From contig NC_087436.1 of assembly GCF_036321535.1 (NCBI RefSeq), forward strand, positions 56,608,001 through 56,672,000: 64,000 nucleotides of DNA, written 5' to 3'. Positions 1 through 13,567 of this stretch are shown one piece after another. The notes beneath the pieces were generated by a model. That model did no database searches, was not told where the DNA came from, and worked only from the letters and a program-made list of their open reading frames with translations. A program made the position numbers and the translations under genes. The stretch comes from Camelus dromedarius (taxonomy: Eukaryota). How positions within the stretch are numbered: the stretch's first letter is position 1; every line of letters starts with the position of its first letter.

Positions 1-419
1 ATCGACAATGAAATGGACAATCGATGTCAGGAATACAGACAACTTTCAGAGTTACAGAAGCAGTTAGAGGCTGACACTGGGTCAGGGAAGGGTTCTGGAA
101 AGGGAAAAAAGTTCGTAAAAAAAAAAAAAAAGGAGTCAGCAGGGAAGAAAAAGGTAGAGTGAGAGGAGACAGAATATGATTAAACAAGACTATTGTTATG
201 TTAAGAATAAGGGGGAAAGTTCCTTAATACTTAGGAATGAATGTGTGGCAGTATGGATGGACATCTCCCACGACCTGTATTTTCTCCATTAGGGAAAAGA
301 AATGGTCAACCTCTGAAAAGCTACAGAGATATGTTATGGAAGATGACATAATCCCTCTAAGGAATGGGACAGGGAGCAGACTGGGACAAATAGAAGCTTT
401 ATAAATGAATAAATGAAAA

Positions 420-525
420 AGATGAGGCTTCCATGATAGAGATGTTTGACTTTATCTTGAAGGCGATGGGAAATGCTAAAGATTTCAAGTAGAAAGCAAT
501 TGGAACAGATCTGTGTTTTGAATTA
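420..525 (-). mobile_element. L2 LINE fragment (degraded)
   Basis: gtttgactttatcttgaaggcgatgggaaatgctaaagatttcaagtag...agatctgtgttttgaa resembles the reverse complement of the L2 3' region. Confidence 0.55.
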
Positions 526-1592
526 TGTACTACATTCTTATGAGTTTTAATAAGTAAAAATAATTAAATCCACATTTATATTTCTGAATTAATCTAGACT
601 ACATCCATAAACTTGAAAATTCTTATTATTCTATAAATTATTGTATTGAAGTACATAGTTGTAAATTATAAAACAAACCTCCATACACTATGAAGCTATT
701 AAAAATATTGTGTGCAACAAATACATACTTAAATAGAAAAAAATAAGTCAAAGATTTACAATTTTAGATATGATTTAAATAAATTTGATTAAGGGGCAAT
801 CAAGCTAAGTTTCACTTTTTGTTGACTTTTAACCTCTAGTACTAGTATTTTCAAAATATAATAAAAGCACTTTGATCTAGTACTCCTTTGTCAAATGCAA
901 TGACCTAATATAACTAAGTCAAGTTCCTAATCTACAGTCAAGAAATTTTAAGAAATGCTCTACTTCTATACAATTTAAGTCTTTTAATAAGTCTCTAACT
1001 CTTATTAAATGACCCATTTGTAAAAAAAATACAAAATTACATAGATCAGAAACAGCATTTAACATCTCCTTCCTATGGAATTCAGCTCACCCTCATATCC
1101 AAAATGACTTCCTGATCCTCCCTCTACCCCTACTCCTCTCACCAAAATCTTCTGAACAGTACCTTGATGTTGATTTTTTAATAACCTAAGTTTTTTTTTA
1201 AATCCTGAGTTTTATCCTAACATCCTCCCACCTGCCATGAAGCAGATGCAAAACGCGAGAGGTTGGATCAGTGTTGGGGTTGTACCCCAGAGAGAGGGTG
1301 TTCTGGAGACTAGACTCCAGTCATTACAGTGACCGGCACTCGAGCCACAGACCACGGTTTCTTCACAGTCCTGCTACCACAACACACATTCCTTTCACTT
1401 TTCCCACTCCAACTGTTGATACTTGAGAATATAACATGATCTACCAACTTTTTTACTTTTCTTCTTTTTTTATATACGCCACTAAAAGATCAACTAAAAC
1501 CTACTATAATTAGAAGAACAATTTAAGTACACAATTCGTCATCTACATTTGAATCTATCTTCCATTACCTTTAACCTCATTACCATATACTA

Positions 1593-2095
1593 CAGTAGTC
1601 CCCCCTTATCCATGCAGGATATGTTCCAAGACCCCCAGTGGATGCCTGAAACTGTCAACAGTACTGAACTCCATATATACCACCTCTTTTCCTAGACATA
1701 TGTGCCTATGATAAAGTTTACCTTATAAATTAGGCACAGATAGAGAATACCCAAACTGCCAACATCATTACTCTTGCGCTTTGGGGCCACTGTTAACTAA
1801 AATAAGAGTTACTTGAATGCAAGCACAGCAATACCTCCACAGTCGACCCGATAAAGTGGCTCCTACGTGATTAACTGGTGGGTAGGGTACACAGAATAGA
1901 TATGCTGGACAAAGGGATGATTCACCTCCCAGGTAGGAAGATGTGAGATTTCATCACACTACTCAGAACAGTGTGCAGTTTTAAACTAATGAATTGTTTA
2001 TTTCTGAAATTCTCCATGTAGTATTTTCAGATTTTGGTTGACCATGGGTAACAAACACCGTGATAAGCAAAACCGCAGATAAGGGGGGACAACTG
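1593..2095 (-). mobile_element. MER44 (Tigger7-derived, TcMar-Tigger) non-autonomous DNA transposon, complete
   Basis: TIRs cagtagtccccccttatc (1593) and gataaggggggacaactg (to 2095) match 17/18; flanked by TA at 1591-92 and 2096-97; internal sequence resembles MER44. Confidence 0.92.
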
Positions 2096-3619
2096 TAGCT
2101 ACCCATGTGCTGAATCTCATTCTGCCTGACAACCACACATCATTGTGTGGCCATTTAATTAAATATAACTTCCAATGGGTAAGTATAAAATACCCACCAA
2201 CGTGAGAAAATGTTGTATGATTATTCAGATATAGTTTCAGGAATGCACTACAGAGCAACTCTGAAACGTGTAGATGAAATAAAAGAGATCTGCCTCTTTC
2301 ATTTGTATAATTAACACTATTTCTGAAATAAGCTTGAGTCTGGTTCTCATCACAAATGAGTCAAGTAAATAAAACACAGCCACATGGTCGCCTAGAACTT
2401 GAGAAAAATCATACCATAAAATGTTTATCCACAAGAAAAGTCCATTTTAAAATATATTATGTCAAAATGAAACATTAAAGGAAAATACACAGCCTAAATT
2501 AGAAACCTTATAGTAACTGCAAAATAAATACAGAGAGCTACTATTTTCCTCACCTTTTACTTTGAGTAGCTTGAAGATCTTAGGGAGACTTTTAGTGGAA
2601 AAAAAAAATCCTAGGGCTGTTTTTCACCACCCTATGTTGCCAAGGACAGTGTCCTCCACTGCCCCACTTTACTCTTGTGGTGACCACCACCATCTGACAT
2701 TCTCCAGAGCCAATTACAATCTGGTGGGCTATCTAGAAGCACCATTTCTATTAAACACAAAACTCTCTAAACTAAAATCTTCCATTAAAAAAAAGTTCCT
2801 AAAATTTATAATTAAATTTGGAATCTCCCAAGTCATCTTATTCTTTAGTTTTTAAGGCTTTTCAGTCAAGATTCAGTGTTGGTAGACAGGTTCATTGAAG
2901 CACGTAAGAAGCCCTGTATAAACATAACTACTACTACTATTATTATTTCCACTAAAATGTATGGTTTTCTCACAACCTAAGTCCATACAAAGCAGTAAGC
3001 ATAAGCTATTGACCTACCTGGATGAAATTCAGCCTTAGGATGATCCTATTTTACCCAAACAACAGGTTCAGGGAATGTACAATGTGAAAAACACCCATGA
3101 TGATTCCTAATCTATTATTAAGTGCACAACTGGAATCATAAACAGAAAAAATCTATTCTGATCTATATTATTATATACCATTTCTAAAGTTCTTTTCTGT
3201 TAAACAGATTAGCACAATTTTATAATCAGCATATACTTACTTGGTAACATTTTTGCCCAATGCTGTGATAAAGAATGTTCCAGGATATCCAAAAGTATAA
3301 TTTCTGTGTTTGCACTCCTCACAAAGTCTGCTATCGGCTTTGGTAATATGAATTTTGTGAGTTCAGGGACCATGCTTTTACTTTGACAGTAAGAAAAGGG
3401 GAGGAGGCTTAACATGCACCCTCACGGATCATTAGAACTCCAGTAGCGGGAGCAGTGTGGATAGTATTTCAGGAGCATGCAGGGCATGGGTGGGGCACAC
3501 CAAAGGAAGAGTCCACGTGTGGTCAAAGCGAAATACAAACATCAAACTGGGTCAGAAAACTCTCTGGGATGAAACAGGTAATATCAAGTTCTAATCAGCC
3601 TTCAAAGATAGACAAAGGA

Positions 3620-3845
3620 ATTCAAATGTGCACTACACACTGCTCTAAGCACTTTAGACGCGTTATCACACTTAATCTTGCTACAGCTCTGAGGGGTGAT
3701 CCCAATTTTATGCATCAGGAAAGTGACACACAGAGAGCTTAAATAATTTACCATAAATGATCCAGCTACTATGTATACTGCAGAGGTGGAATTTGAATCC
3801 AGTTTAGCCATAGCACCCTTTCTCTTAATCACTGTACTACATTAC
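3620..3845 (-). mobile_element. MIR SINE
   Basis: ctaagcacttt...ttttatgcatcaggaaagtgacacacagagagcttaaataattt...gaatttgaatccag is the reverse-complemented MIR core. Confidence 0.75.
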
Positions 3846-6719
3846 CTGTAACTCTCAAGACGAAAACAAAAAGTATATACACATATATGAAGCAATAAAA
3901 GAATGGGATAGAATGAAACGGAATGGGATCTGTGACAAAGACAGACAAATAAAAGTGAACTTTTAGGTGGACTTAGTCCAAGAACTTGGAGAGACTGGCC
4001 GCAGAAATGCCTAGAATACGACACAGGTCTGCCAAACTCCAACGCTGGTTGCAACTACTATAAAACATACTATCATCCCAATACTTAGTATGAGGAAGGG
4101 CAAATTCCTACAAAACTTGGGGAAAAAAAAGACTGTAAGTAGCAAACACCTCTTCTTTATAAAAAGAGATATGCCTGGCTGTAAGAAACCAACCAACAGA
4201 ACAAGTTTAGTAAGACAGATACAATTTAATTCAGATTGAATCTTTATGCCCCTGTTTTAAAATTTTTCTTGATGGAAAAAGCAAACCTTCTATGTAACTG
4301 CTAGTCAAGACCTAGGAATTAAAAAATAAGAAATGGTCCCTGTCCTCAAGAACTGCCCTCTGTGACTATGTATCGCTCATTCTGTAACATCTGTGACTAT
4401 TTGGGGAACAGTATTTGTTCAGCATCTAATGACATTTCTGGATTTCTATATGCTTCTAAATATACAACTTCTGCTCCTGAAGTTTATAGCATATTTAATT
4501 CGCAGATCTTACTTTATTTCTTCCCTATTCAAGGGAGACCAAATTTTCCCCTCTTAGTAAAGAAAATCTGGATGTAGAATAAAGTAACAGCCGCATTAAT
4601 TCTTTTAAGCTTCACTTTCTCCCTTTATCAGCAGTGCTACACCCAGTTTAGGAAGTGTTAGGGAGAACGGAAGCAGGAAAGAAAAATTTGCTCTCACTCC
4701 AATTACAGAGTTCCACCAAGGAGGCAGAATTTCAAATTTTAAAAAAAGAAACAAGTTTTAATTGTTCTAATTAGTTACAGATGAAAATCCCCAAAACCAC
4801 GATGATCCAATGGAAAAACATTAACCAAGCTCCTGGAGACTCAGGAAGGAGGATTTTTCATTGGATGAAATGGGAACGGTTTACTTTTGAAATCCTAACT
4901 ATACCACCCTTATTCATTGATATGCAATTAAGTAATTTTTGCTCACAGTCGAGGCCAAAATAACTCAAAAATATTTTATTATTTTCACAAATTTCTCTAT
5001 TACTGTTACTATTACCACCTATTAACTCTTTTTTTTTAAAGCCTTGTCACTGAAGCCCATTGTTTTAAGGTTCATCTTTATGCCACCTGGGGTAGGATCT
5101 GGCTGCAAAACTGCCACACTACACTGATCAAAGTGTTCACCAAATCAAGAATGCAGGAGTTAGCCATATGAGGATTACAGTATTTTCTATCTTTGACTGT
5201 TTCAAAAATAAATGTGCGACGGCCTCCTGAAATTAAGTCTTGCCTAGTAAATAAATGTGGGGGAAGAAACGCTATTTTACCCTATACATACTAGAGGACA
5301 CAAAGTAAGACTGGTGTACTGACTCTAGCATTAAAGTGTCCTTCGTGAGAAGAGTATTCATGTTGTGTGCTTCAGTCTTCAGTGTGAATCATAAAAAATT
5401 AGTTTGGATAACTGAAAAGACAGAAAACTGTTTTTTAAAAAAATTATTAACTAAAACATGCGTTTCTTTCAACTTCACTTTACAGCTTACAGTGAATATT
5501 ACCCATTCTAACAAAGTGTAGCTTCCTGAACCTTAACTCTCTCATCTCCCAATTTAACTTGCTCTAGACAGTCTGATGGGACAATTCAAATTTTTCAAAA
5601 AGGCAAGGACCTAAACCACTTCCAGATTTCCCTGTTAATCTAAAAATTCTCGCATTAACAAAATATGATTATGGCAACAGTAAACTAGACTGATGTGCCT
5701 GTATATTAACATAGCTGCAAAAAGAAAGAGAGTTCTCTGTAAAAGAAACAGCACAGAAACATCAACAAAAATTGTTCGGACTTAATCTCATCTGTGAATA
5801 ATTAGAATTTAAGTTGACTTGGAAAGGTGGAGAAAGACTGACGAGGTAGGATTAGTGTTTTCCACTCTGATGTATTAAAAATGAAGAGGAGGAGGAGGAA
5901 GTTAGAAGGCTGAAACACACAGTTTGCAAGCACACACACACACACACCCTCCTCAACCATCAACAAACAGCAACTAACCTCCCTGTCCCATTTTTCAAAT
6001 GGTTGGGGTTAATAAACCAGCAAGGGTTGTATTCAGTTCTTGATTAAAACAAAATAAAGAAACCACTATTTTCACTCTATTTTGACTCAAGATAATTCAA
6101 TTTGTTAGTCTTCTGAAGCTCACCATTCGTAATTAAGGAGGGACTAATTCTGTATCATTAAAAATTTGATCAAAACATCTCTACACATTTTAACAAAATT
6201 CTGTAATACCAAAATAATCATGACATGAATTCCACCAGAATGATGGTTCCTCTAATCACTATTAAGTTTTATAGCTGGAATTTCCCTAACAATTTTTTAA
6301 TGCATTTGCTGCATTTTCTTATGTAAGCATTGCATTCTCATTGAAGAAATTCTTTGAAGAAAATTTAAGACTTACATATAAGTGTAAGAATTCTACTATT
6401 CAGAGATAATTTTAAGTTATTTGGTGTATTTACTTCCATTTCACATAAATATGTATAGTTTTAAATTTAACATATTGTTTCCCAATCTGGTATTTAAAGA
6501 ACACTCTTCTGGGAGATGTTGTGTTTTATGGTATAATGGTATAAACCAATTCAAGCAAAGTTAAAAGACGTCCTTATTGCAGGATTTCTCAGAGAGCATT
6601 ATAATGTGCTAACATTTATTATGACTTTTCAAATCATAAATGACTTATGAAGTAAATCATAACACATTTGGATAGCAAGCAGCTTCCCAAATTGATTCTC
6701 CTTGTTCTTTTAGCATCCA

Positions 6720-7320
6720 ATTTAGGGACACTGAAGCTACATTATTAGGCAGGGAGACTTTCATATCATGAAATGTTTTCAAAAGTTCCTCAATTTTGTT
6801 CTTAATATCACTGACTCACTTTTTCAAAACATTAATTCTTGCTTCCTACACAGACAAATCCTGCTCCCAGCCTTTTTAGTGTTTCTTGCCGTCTTTCTTT
6901 ACCTTTATTAAAACACAAGTTTGTACTCTTACAGCTCTCCGCTGCAGTTTCATAGATATCATACCTTCTATGTTCTGTTACGGTGAACTGTTTTCTTAAT
7001 GTTCTTCTAGTTGTTACACATATTTCCCCAAAATGTGCCTCTCTCTGCATCTTCAGGACAATCAGCCTTCATCCTCAAGTACAGATTTGTTAATAGATTC
7101 CACATTGAATTTTCCTACTGCCTCTTCTAAGATGATGATGGTGTCCATCACCAACATAGGCTTGGCCTGACTCTCTGTGCTCTTGATGGTTACAGAAACT
7201 CCTCTCCAGTGTTGTAGCAGGAATATGAGGAGTTACAGGCTCAGTCCTCAGTGACTCTCAGGCATACTTAAAGCTGGTCTTCTGGAATGCAGAGGGACCT
7301 TCTCCTGAAATACTCCTAGA
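6720..7320 (-). mobile_element. Possible ancient HAL1/L1M ORF1-like relic
   Basis: Purine-rich minus strand; gtcagtgatattaagaacaaaattgaggaactttttgaaaac resembles the L1/HAL1 ORF1 coiled-coil region; highly degraded. Confidence 0.3.
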
Positions 7321-8547
7321 ATGAAAAAGGATCACCTAATGACTGCACTGCCTACCATTTAGTCTCCCATTTGAGCCCTCTACGTGAGGAGACCTCTTCC
7401 TTCGAGGATGCAGGAGTCAGCAACTCCAACCCTCCCTGTCCTCACGTTCTTGCTGTTTTCTATCATTCTTACAGCTGTTGGATGGATGTAGAAAGACATA
7501 AGTGAATGGAGGTGGAAGTGATGGTAATACCACAGCTTCCTCAGAAAAACAGCATCCCTGCAGCAGATGGAGAGCTGTCCCACTCTCTGTTTAAAGATGA
7601 TGGGCGTTTGAACAAGCAGATGTTAGGAAAACAGAAAACTACATTCCCTACTTGAGACTGGCCAGCCTATCTTTTCATGGGAGAATGCTTTTCCCCATCC
7701 AGTTTTCCCCAGTCCAGTTCCTTCTAGGTGGAGGAAATGCATCAAAGTTTCTAGAAGTGTCTGTCTTTATTTTCCCTCCAATACTGTGTTTCTTTCTCAG
7801 TCTTCATTGGTCTTTTAATGGAAAACTGGAAGAAGGTATGTCAGCAATTGCAACCAAATGCTATTTTTAATGGGAAACCTCTCTAAGTTTTAAATAAGTT
7901 AAAATCTGATAATTTCACTGTTAAGGACAAGAATAACTCATTTGTTCTACTCACATGACTATTTTAAATAAATTTATTAATGCTAAAAAGAGTAACACAC
8001 AGGAGACTAGAAGGCACTGTTTACCTAGAAGCCACAAATATCACCAGTTTCAGCGATGTAAACTCATTTTCTTCACCGGTAACTAGCATCCGATGAATGA
8101 AAAGCAGGCTTTCCCATTAGCTGAAGTTGAAGGTGGTAAACAGAAAGCAGCATTACCCTCTGCCTTCTGGGTTTTATAATTCATGTAGTTTTTGTTAAGT
8201 GCATGGCAGCGTTTTCATATTTTCTGTCACCCTAGATCACACAGGGAGATGAAGCTCACTTGCGTCAACTCAAAATGCTTATCGCTGATGAGCATCATGA
8301 TGTTGGCAAGTCAATTTCTCACCGCCACTTTGACGCTGAAACAACAGCAAGGAGAACTTCTGCATACCGGTCACTTTTATATCCCATACATACAGCTACC
8401 CCAAAAAGGGAGAATAAGAGGAATTACAGATAAATGTTACCAGAAATTAGGAAAGCTTCTCTGAAGGTCTGTGCTAGACACATTTTAACAGTGATGATCC
8501 ACTTTCAAGAAGATTTCATCTAACACCACTGCAATTTAAGAGCAATT

Positions 8548-8770
8548 GCTGTAGAGTCAGAGAAACTTGAGTTTAAATCCTGGCTCTACTATTTAATAGC
8601 TATGTGACCTTGAGCAAGGTAATTAACCTCTCTATGACTCTGATTTCACTTTTGTAAAATCAAGAGATTAATAATGCCTGCTTCATCAGATGGATAGCAG
8701 ACTTAAAAATAAGAGCTAAGAAACAGTTATGTTGCATGCCTTAAGTGTTCCATAAATGTTTGGTGTTATT
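8548..8770 (+). mobile_element. MIR SINE
   Basis: gagtttaaatcctggctctactatttaatagctatgtgaccttgagcaaggtaattaacctctct matches the MIR core. Confidence 0.85.
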
Positions 8771-9087
8771 ACCACCCCCCCATATTTTAAAATAAAATGC
8801 TCGATCTTTAGTGGAATTCCACTAAAAGAAGATGAAAGGACCTCTTTGGTAATCACCCATAATGGTTTGTTAGCAACTGGTAATTTGCTTGAAAATTTAT
8901 TTGTACTCCTAGATTATTACAGCTGCACCATTCAGTATCTATCAGGCATATTCTGAGATAAGCAAATGTGAATTCCTGACCCTTGTCAATTACATTAAGA
9001 CAAGGAAAAAGTGGACAGTCTACAGGGGAGGGAGGAAAAACTACTGATGCTTCAGAAAAGAGACTAAGGTTTAAAACCTTAGCCTAA

Positions 9088-9700
9088 ACCAAAGCTTCTC
9101 AAAAGAATCACCTAGGACTGGCCTTCCTGAAAATAAGTGATCCCATTTGGGTTTGCACAGCGACTAGGGAGTGTTATTTGCTTTTCATGGGCTGAAGAGA
9201 GGCTTGCTATGTTCGCTGCAATGCCAGAGTCCCAAACAAAGAATGCTCTTGGGTCCCTCAGGCCTTTGAATAGATAGCTAAAGACTCACGGGGGTGAAAA
9301 ATATGTCTATAATTATCTGAGTCTAGAACCTTACACCATTTTACATAAACACGGAGTATTCATGAAAGATTTTTAATACATACTGAATTTTTCAAAAACA
9401 CAACTGTGTAAGTCAGGGATTTGTTTGTTCAGAACCTTGTCAAAAGTGATTCATCAAATCAAAAACTCACACCCACACTCTCAACACTGCTGTTTTTAGT
9501 TCTGATACAACCAATTTTTTTTTTTGTAGTCTCCATCTGTGGCTCTAGTCTTCATAGTGAGGCTACACATATGCATAAGAATCTACCTACTTCATTATTC
9601 CTTGTGTGCTCATGCCCAAGCATTTCCATATTGAAGTTCACACTATTTTTGAAAACGTATTGGTTAATACTTTTAAAAAAATTATGTAATTTTTCCTTTA
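9088..9700. mobile_element. MER20B-like hAT-Charlie DNA transposon
   Basis: ggtgaaaaatatgtctataattatctgagtctagaacctt...atacatactgaattttt...gttcagaaccttgtcaaaag...tcatgcccaagcatttccatattgaa follows the MER20B consensus as recalled. Confidence 0.75.
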
Positions 9701-9779
9701 AATTACAATAGGATTACAGTGGAGTACCATATCACATCAACATTTCAGGATACTAAAGGAGAACTGTAAAATAGATGAG

Positions 9780-10000
9780 GCAGCGTGGGGTATGAAGGAA
9801 GAGAGCTAGCAAGAATAGAGAGCTGCATAGCAACCGTCCAACATACAAAGGGAGTCCAGAGAAAATGCAAATAACTCATTTACTTTTACTCCAACTGCAG
9901 ACTAAACCAGAAAAAGTTTAACTTCAAATAAGAATTTCGGTTAGGCATTTTAAACATCTTGAAGGAGAAGACTGTAAATTGCTAGAATGAGAAGTGCTTA
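9780..10000 (+). mobile_element. Possible L3/CR1 3' fragment
   Basis: Weak similarity to the CR1/L3 3' end (catagcaaccgtccaacatacaaaggg...gaatttcggttagg). Confidence 0.3.
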
Positions 10001-10567
10001 TCAGTATATTTAAGCCATGTAAGAATGTAATGAGCAAAGCTTTCTTAAAAATTAAATTGGACTGTAAAATGGGATAATCCTACAATTATTCACCTAATGT
10101 TTTAAAATGTTTAAGTGTTTCAAAATGAATTCATAGAAAATTGAGTCTTCAATAAAAGCTTTAGCGCTTTTGCAATGATCTGGAGAAACTGGGGGTGGAG
10201 TGTGATCTATGTTCAGAGTGTCTGAAGCTTGACGGTGGCATGGGCTGCTAGTCTAACCATGATCCCCGTCACCCAAAGAAAAGGAAAAAGTAAACAAGCA
10301 AACAAAAATAAAACTGGTCCTGAACACAGCAAAGGATATTGTTTGATATCTCTTAATCCGAGTACAATAAAAGTCACTTTAAGAAATATGAATTCAGTAT
10401 CACATATCCACTGCATTAAGGATAGAAATATTTACAAAATGCTGGCCTCCACACATTCTCACCACAAATATCATAAAACCACTTGCATATTCCATCAAAA
10501 ATTTTAATGTGGGATAAAAAGCAGTTCATTAAACTTTGCTATTCACTGTCAAGTAAAATTCAGAAAT

Positions 10568-10852
10568 GAGCGATGGTGGTCCAAAGGCACAAACTTCCAG
10601 TTATAAAATAAATAAGCCCTAGGGATATTATGTACAGCATGATGATCATAGTTAATACTGCATCATATATTTGAAAGTTGCTAAGAGTAAATCTTACAAG
10701 CTCTCATCACAGGAAAAAAAAGTTGTAACTATGTGTGCTGATGGATGGTGACCTATTGTGGTGATCATTTCACAATATATATAAATATCAAATCATTATG
10801 TTGGACACCTAAAACTAATATAATGTATGTCAATTACATCTCAACTTTTAAA
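10568..10852 (+). mobile_element. L1 3' UTR end (L1MA9-like), 5'-truncated
   Basis: caaacttccagttataaaataaataag...gtacagcatg...tttgaaagttgctaagagta...ggtgatcatttcacaatatat...atgtcaattacatctcaa. Confidence 0.9.
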
Positions 10853-12299
10853 ATTAAAACTCCCTTAGTTTGTGTTCTTAGCTTTACAAATGAATATATT
10901 AATTCAATCAATAAAAATCTCCAGGGGCAACAATATCACACATGTGACAGTCCCACAGATTAGGCTTCAAACTGACAAGAGTCTTTCCCAGAGGAACTTT
11001 TTGTTATTTTTACTCCATGAACTCCATGTCATGGAAAACTGAGTAAACTAAACAAACTGCCTTTTTAAAGCAATAATATTTGCTCATTTTTAATAATCAA
11101 GGATAAACTACTTCACATCAGTACCTTTGACCAGGATAATATGAGCAGTGGTACCAAATCTGTTTGCAGGTCCCTAGGAACTTGAAAACTTCAGACTGGG
11201 GACCATGAGTCCCCAATATATTAGGTTCTAAAAACAAAATATGGCTATTAAGAGCAAACCAATTTTTCACGAACGGGCCTTCAATGTTAAAGCAGCCAAT
11301 ATTTCTTTGTCTAAATCCCAGAATTTTTCCTGTAGCTGAAATTCCACACATGGTCTCCATATCCCCAAAGAAATGCCCTTTCCAGATGAGTTCCTAAGAA
11401 CAGAACTATGTTTCTTCGAAGTCAGCAAGCTATTTATAAAAACTACCGTAGCCCCCCAAGGGAAGATCAATGGGCAAGTATAGAATTACTTTACATATAG
11501 TATAGTAGTTGCTATGCCTTTTCTTAAGGGGGAGAAATAAGACAATGATGACCAAAAAATAAGATATCTGGAATGTAATCATTTTAATGTGGGTGCCTAT
11601 CATAAGAAGCAAATGCTACTGATTAATCTTCATGACCCTGTAAAATATGAGTTCCCTACTGAACCAGCGAGTATATAAATGTAATAAAACCAATAATGTA
11701 CTTCCATTACCATGACTGCCATTTGGAACTAGAAAAATCAACATGTTAAATGTTAAAATATCTTATTAATAACATTAAAATATAGTTTACTAATTTATAT
11801 AGGTTCTTTCATATATAAATGATCTATATATGTTAAAATATCAGCGATTAAAATTAGACACAGTATTTAGCAACAGGGCTTGCACAATGCTCATTAATCT
11901 TATGAGCATCTTCCCTTCATATATGCGTGTATACATGTTTTTTTTCTACCTACACAACTTAACTGAATAACTTTTCTTTCAACTATTCACTCAAGTCCAC
12001 AGATGATATTCAAAATGCTATCCAACTTGTGGCCTATATATATCTATCTCCAACGAGAATGGAGGCTGGCCTTAAAGAACCAAAACAGCCATGCCAGTGT
12101 GTCCTGGCTGAATACTGTCCCTCCCTACTCTTCATCCACTTGCAACAACCATAGTCATTTTGTATTTGTAAGAAATATTCATTGCACCAAGTACGAATAC
12201 GCATGAGGAGGAAACATGTTCATTTTTAGCATTAGTTACCATAAAAATCTCTACTTTCTTCATCTCTCTTCCACCCTATATGACCACTGCACCTTAGGG

Positions 12300-12420
12300 G
12301 CTTACATCCATGCAACAAGTATTTATTAATAACCCACTATGGGCCAGATAAGAGAATGTAGAAAAACAAGGTCCTGTGGTCAAAGAGTTGACACACAAGT
12401 TTATAACCTAGTTGGAGAGA
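12300..12420 (-). mobile_element. L2 3' end fragment
   Basis: catgcaacaagtatttattaataacccactatgggccag resembles the reverse complement of the L2 tail. Confidence 0.5.
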
Positions 12421-13260
12421 ATAAATGTTTGTATGTATATGTTTGTGGTTTTTTATTTATTGTGTAGTTAGTGCTTATTATGTGCCAAGCACTAATCTAC
12501 TAGCTTTACAATTGCCTCAACTGACTCATTTATGTTGGTGTAAACATAATAAAATCAAGTAACCATTCAGTAATTAAAGAACAGAAAACAGAATATTATA
12601 AAATAAACATATAAAAGTTACATAAATTAGAGGTATGTGTTCAAAGAATGTTAGATACTGGATTATAAGAAAACTAAATTAGCTCAAAAAATTGATAAAA
12701 TAAAAATAATCTCGTATCAAGGAGAAAAAACATGTTCTAATAATAACAGTGAATACTTCTCCAAAGCTAAATTCTATTGTCATTGAATTCTATCCTTTTA
12801 AACCAAGGTAACTCATGTCTATATTAACCTAGTGCAAAATTTAAACGAGAATTGTATTTTTAAACATAACGTATGTAAACATTTGCAACGTCACAAAACT
12901 GAGGTTAACTGTATTTCATAAACATAGTTACAAGTTACACATCATTCACCATTCTCTTCTTCTTCATCAGATTTACATGGAAATCAATGAACTGGTTTGA
13001 CAAAGAGCCAATCTCAACTTTTCTTAACAAAATTTAGAAATCTAGCATATCCCTCTTTGAGAATGTTAACATTCACAGACTAACTGAATTTACTTACTCT
13101 TCTGAGTTTACCAATGGGGTTTTTACATGATGCTCTTTAATCCTATGGGGATCCTCCCTTCACCACCAGGGAGACAGCTATAACACTCACTGAGACAAAA
13201 GTCTGAATTTCCATTGGAAAGAAAAGTACCAATTTATTTAAACATTTCATGAGCACCTTC

Positions 13261-13306
13261 TACAAGCAGTAAACATTTTTTTTTTTATTACAAGCAGTAA
13301 ACATTT
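13261..13306 (-). repeat. Poly(A)-only retro-insertion with 18-bp TSD
   Basis: tacaagcagtaaacattt is duplicated exactly at 13261-13278 and 13289-13306 around a T8-AT insert. Confidence 0.7.
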
Positions 13307-13567
13307 AAAGAGCATATCCAGGCACCATGCTGGCCTCACCCAGGCAAATAAGGCTCTTTACTGCTCTCGTGGGAAATGGAAGATAGAAGAAACCATGTAT
13401 ATTCCAAGGAAGGAAAGAAAAACATCCATGGATAGAAGAGATTCAAGATTTAAAAGCCATCTGGGATACCTGTGTGGAGTGGGTCCCAGAGAAAACAGGG
13501 AGTCGGAGGGCAGACCACAGGTGATGAGTCCGGCCTTAGCAGGAGAGGCGCAGTATTTCCTCTGAGG

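Noticed and set aside
4944..4953. Partial third copy of the twin motif (cacagtcgag); also cacagtcga inside MER44 near 1838
   Set aside because: Only 9-10 bp, lacks the pairing arm, and is compatible with chance.
6960..7330. Exon-like segment (ttcattctag| ... aag|gtatga) on the minus strand
   Set aside because: No recognisable coding frame, and it overlaps a probable degraded LINE-like relic; such pseudo-exons are common.
8285..8345. Hammerhead-ribozyme-like CUGAUGA...GAAA
   Set aside because: Stem II is imperfect with an extra base before GAAA, and I found no stem I/III or NUH cleavage site.
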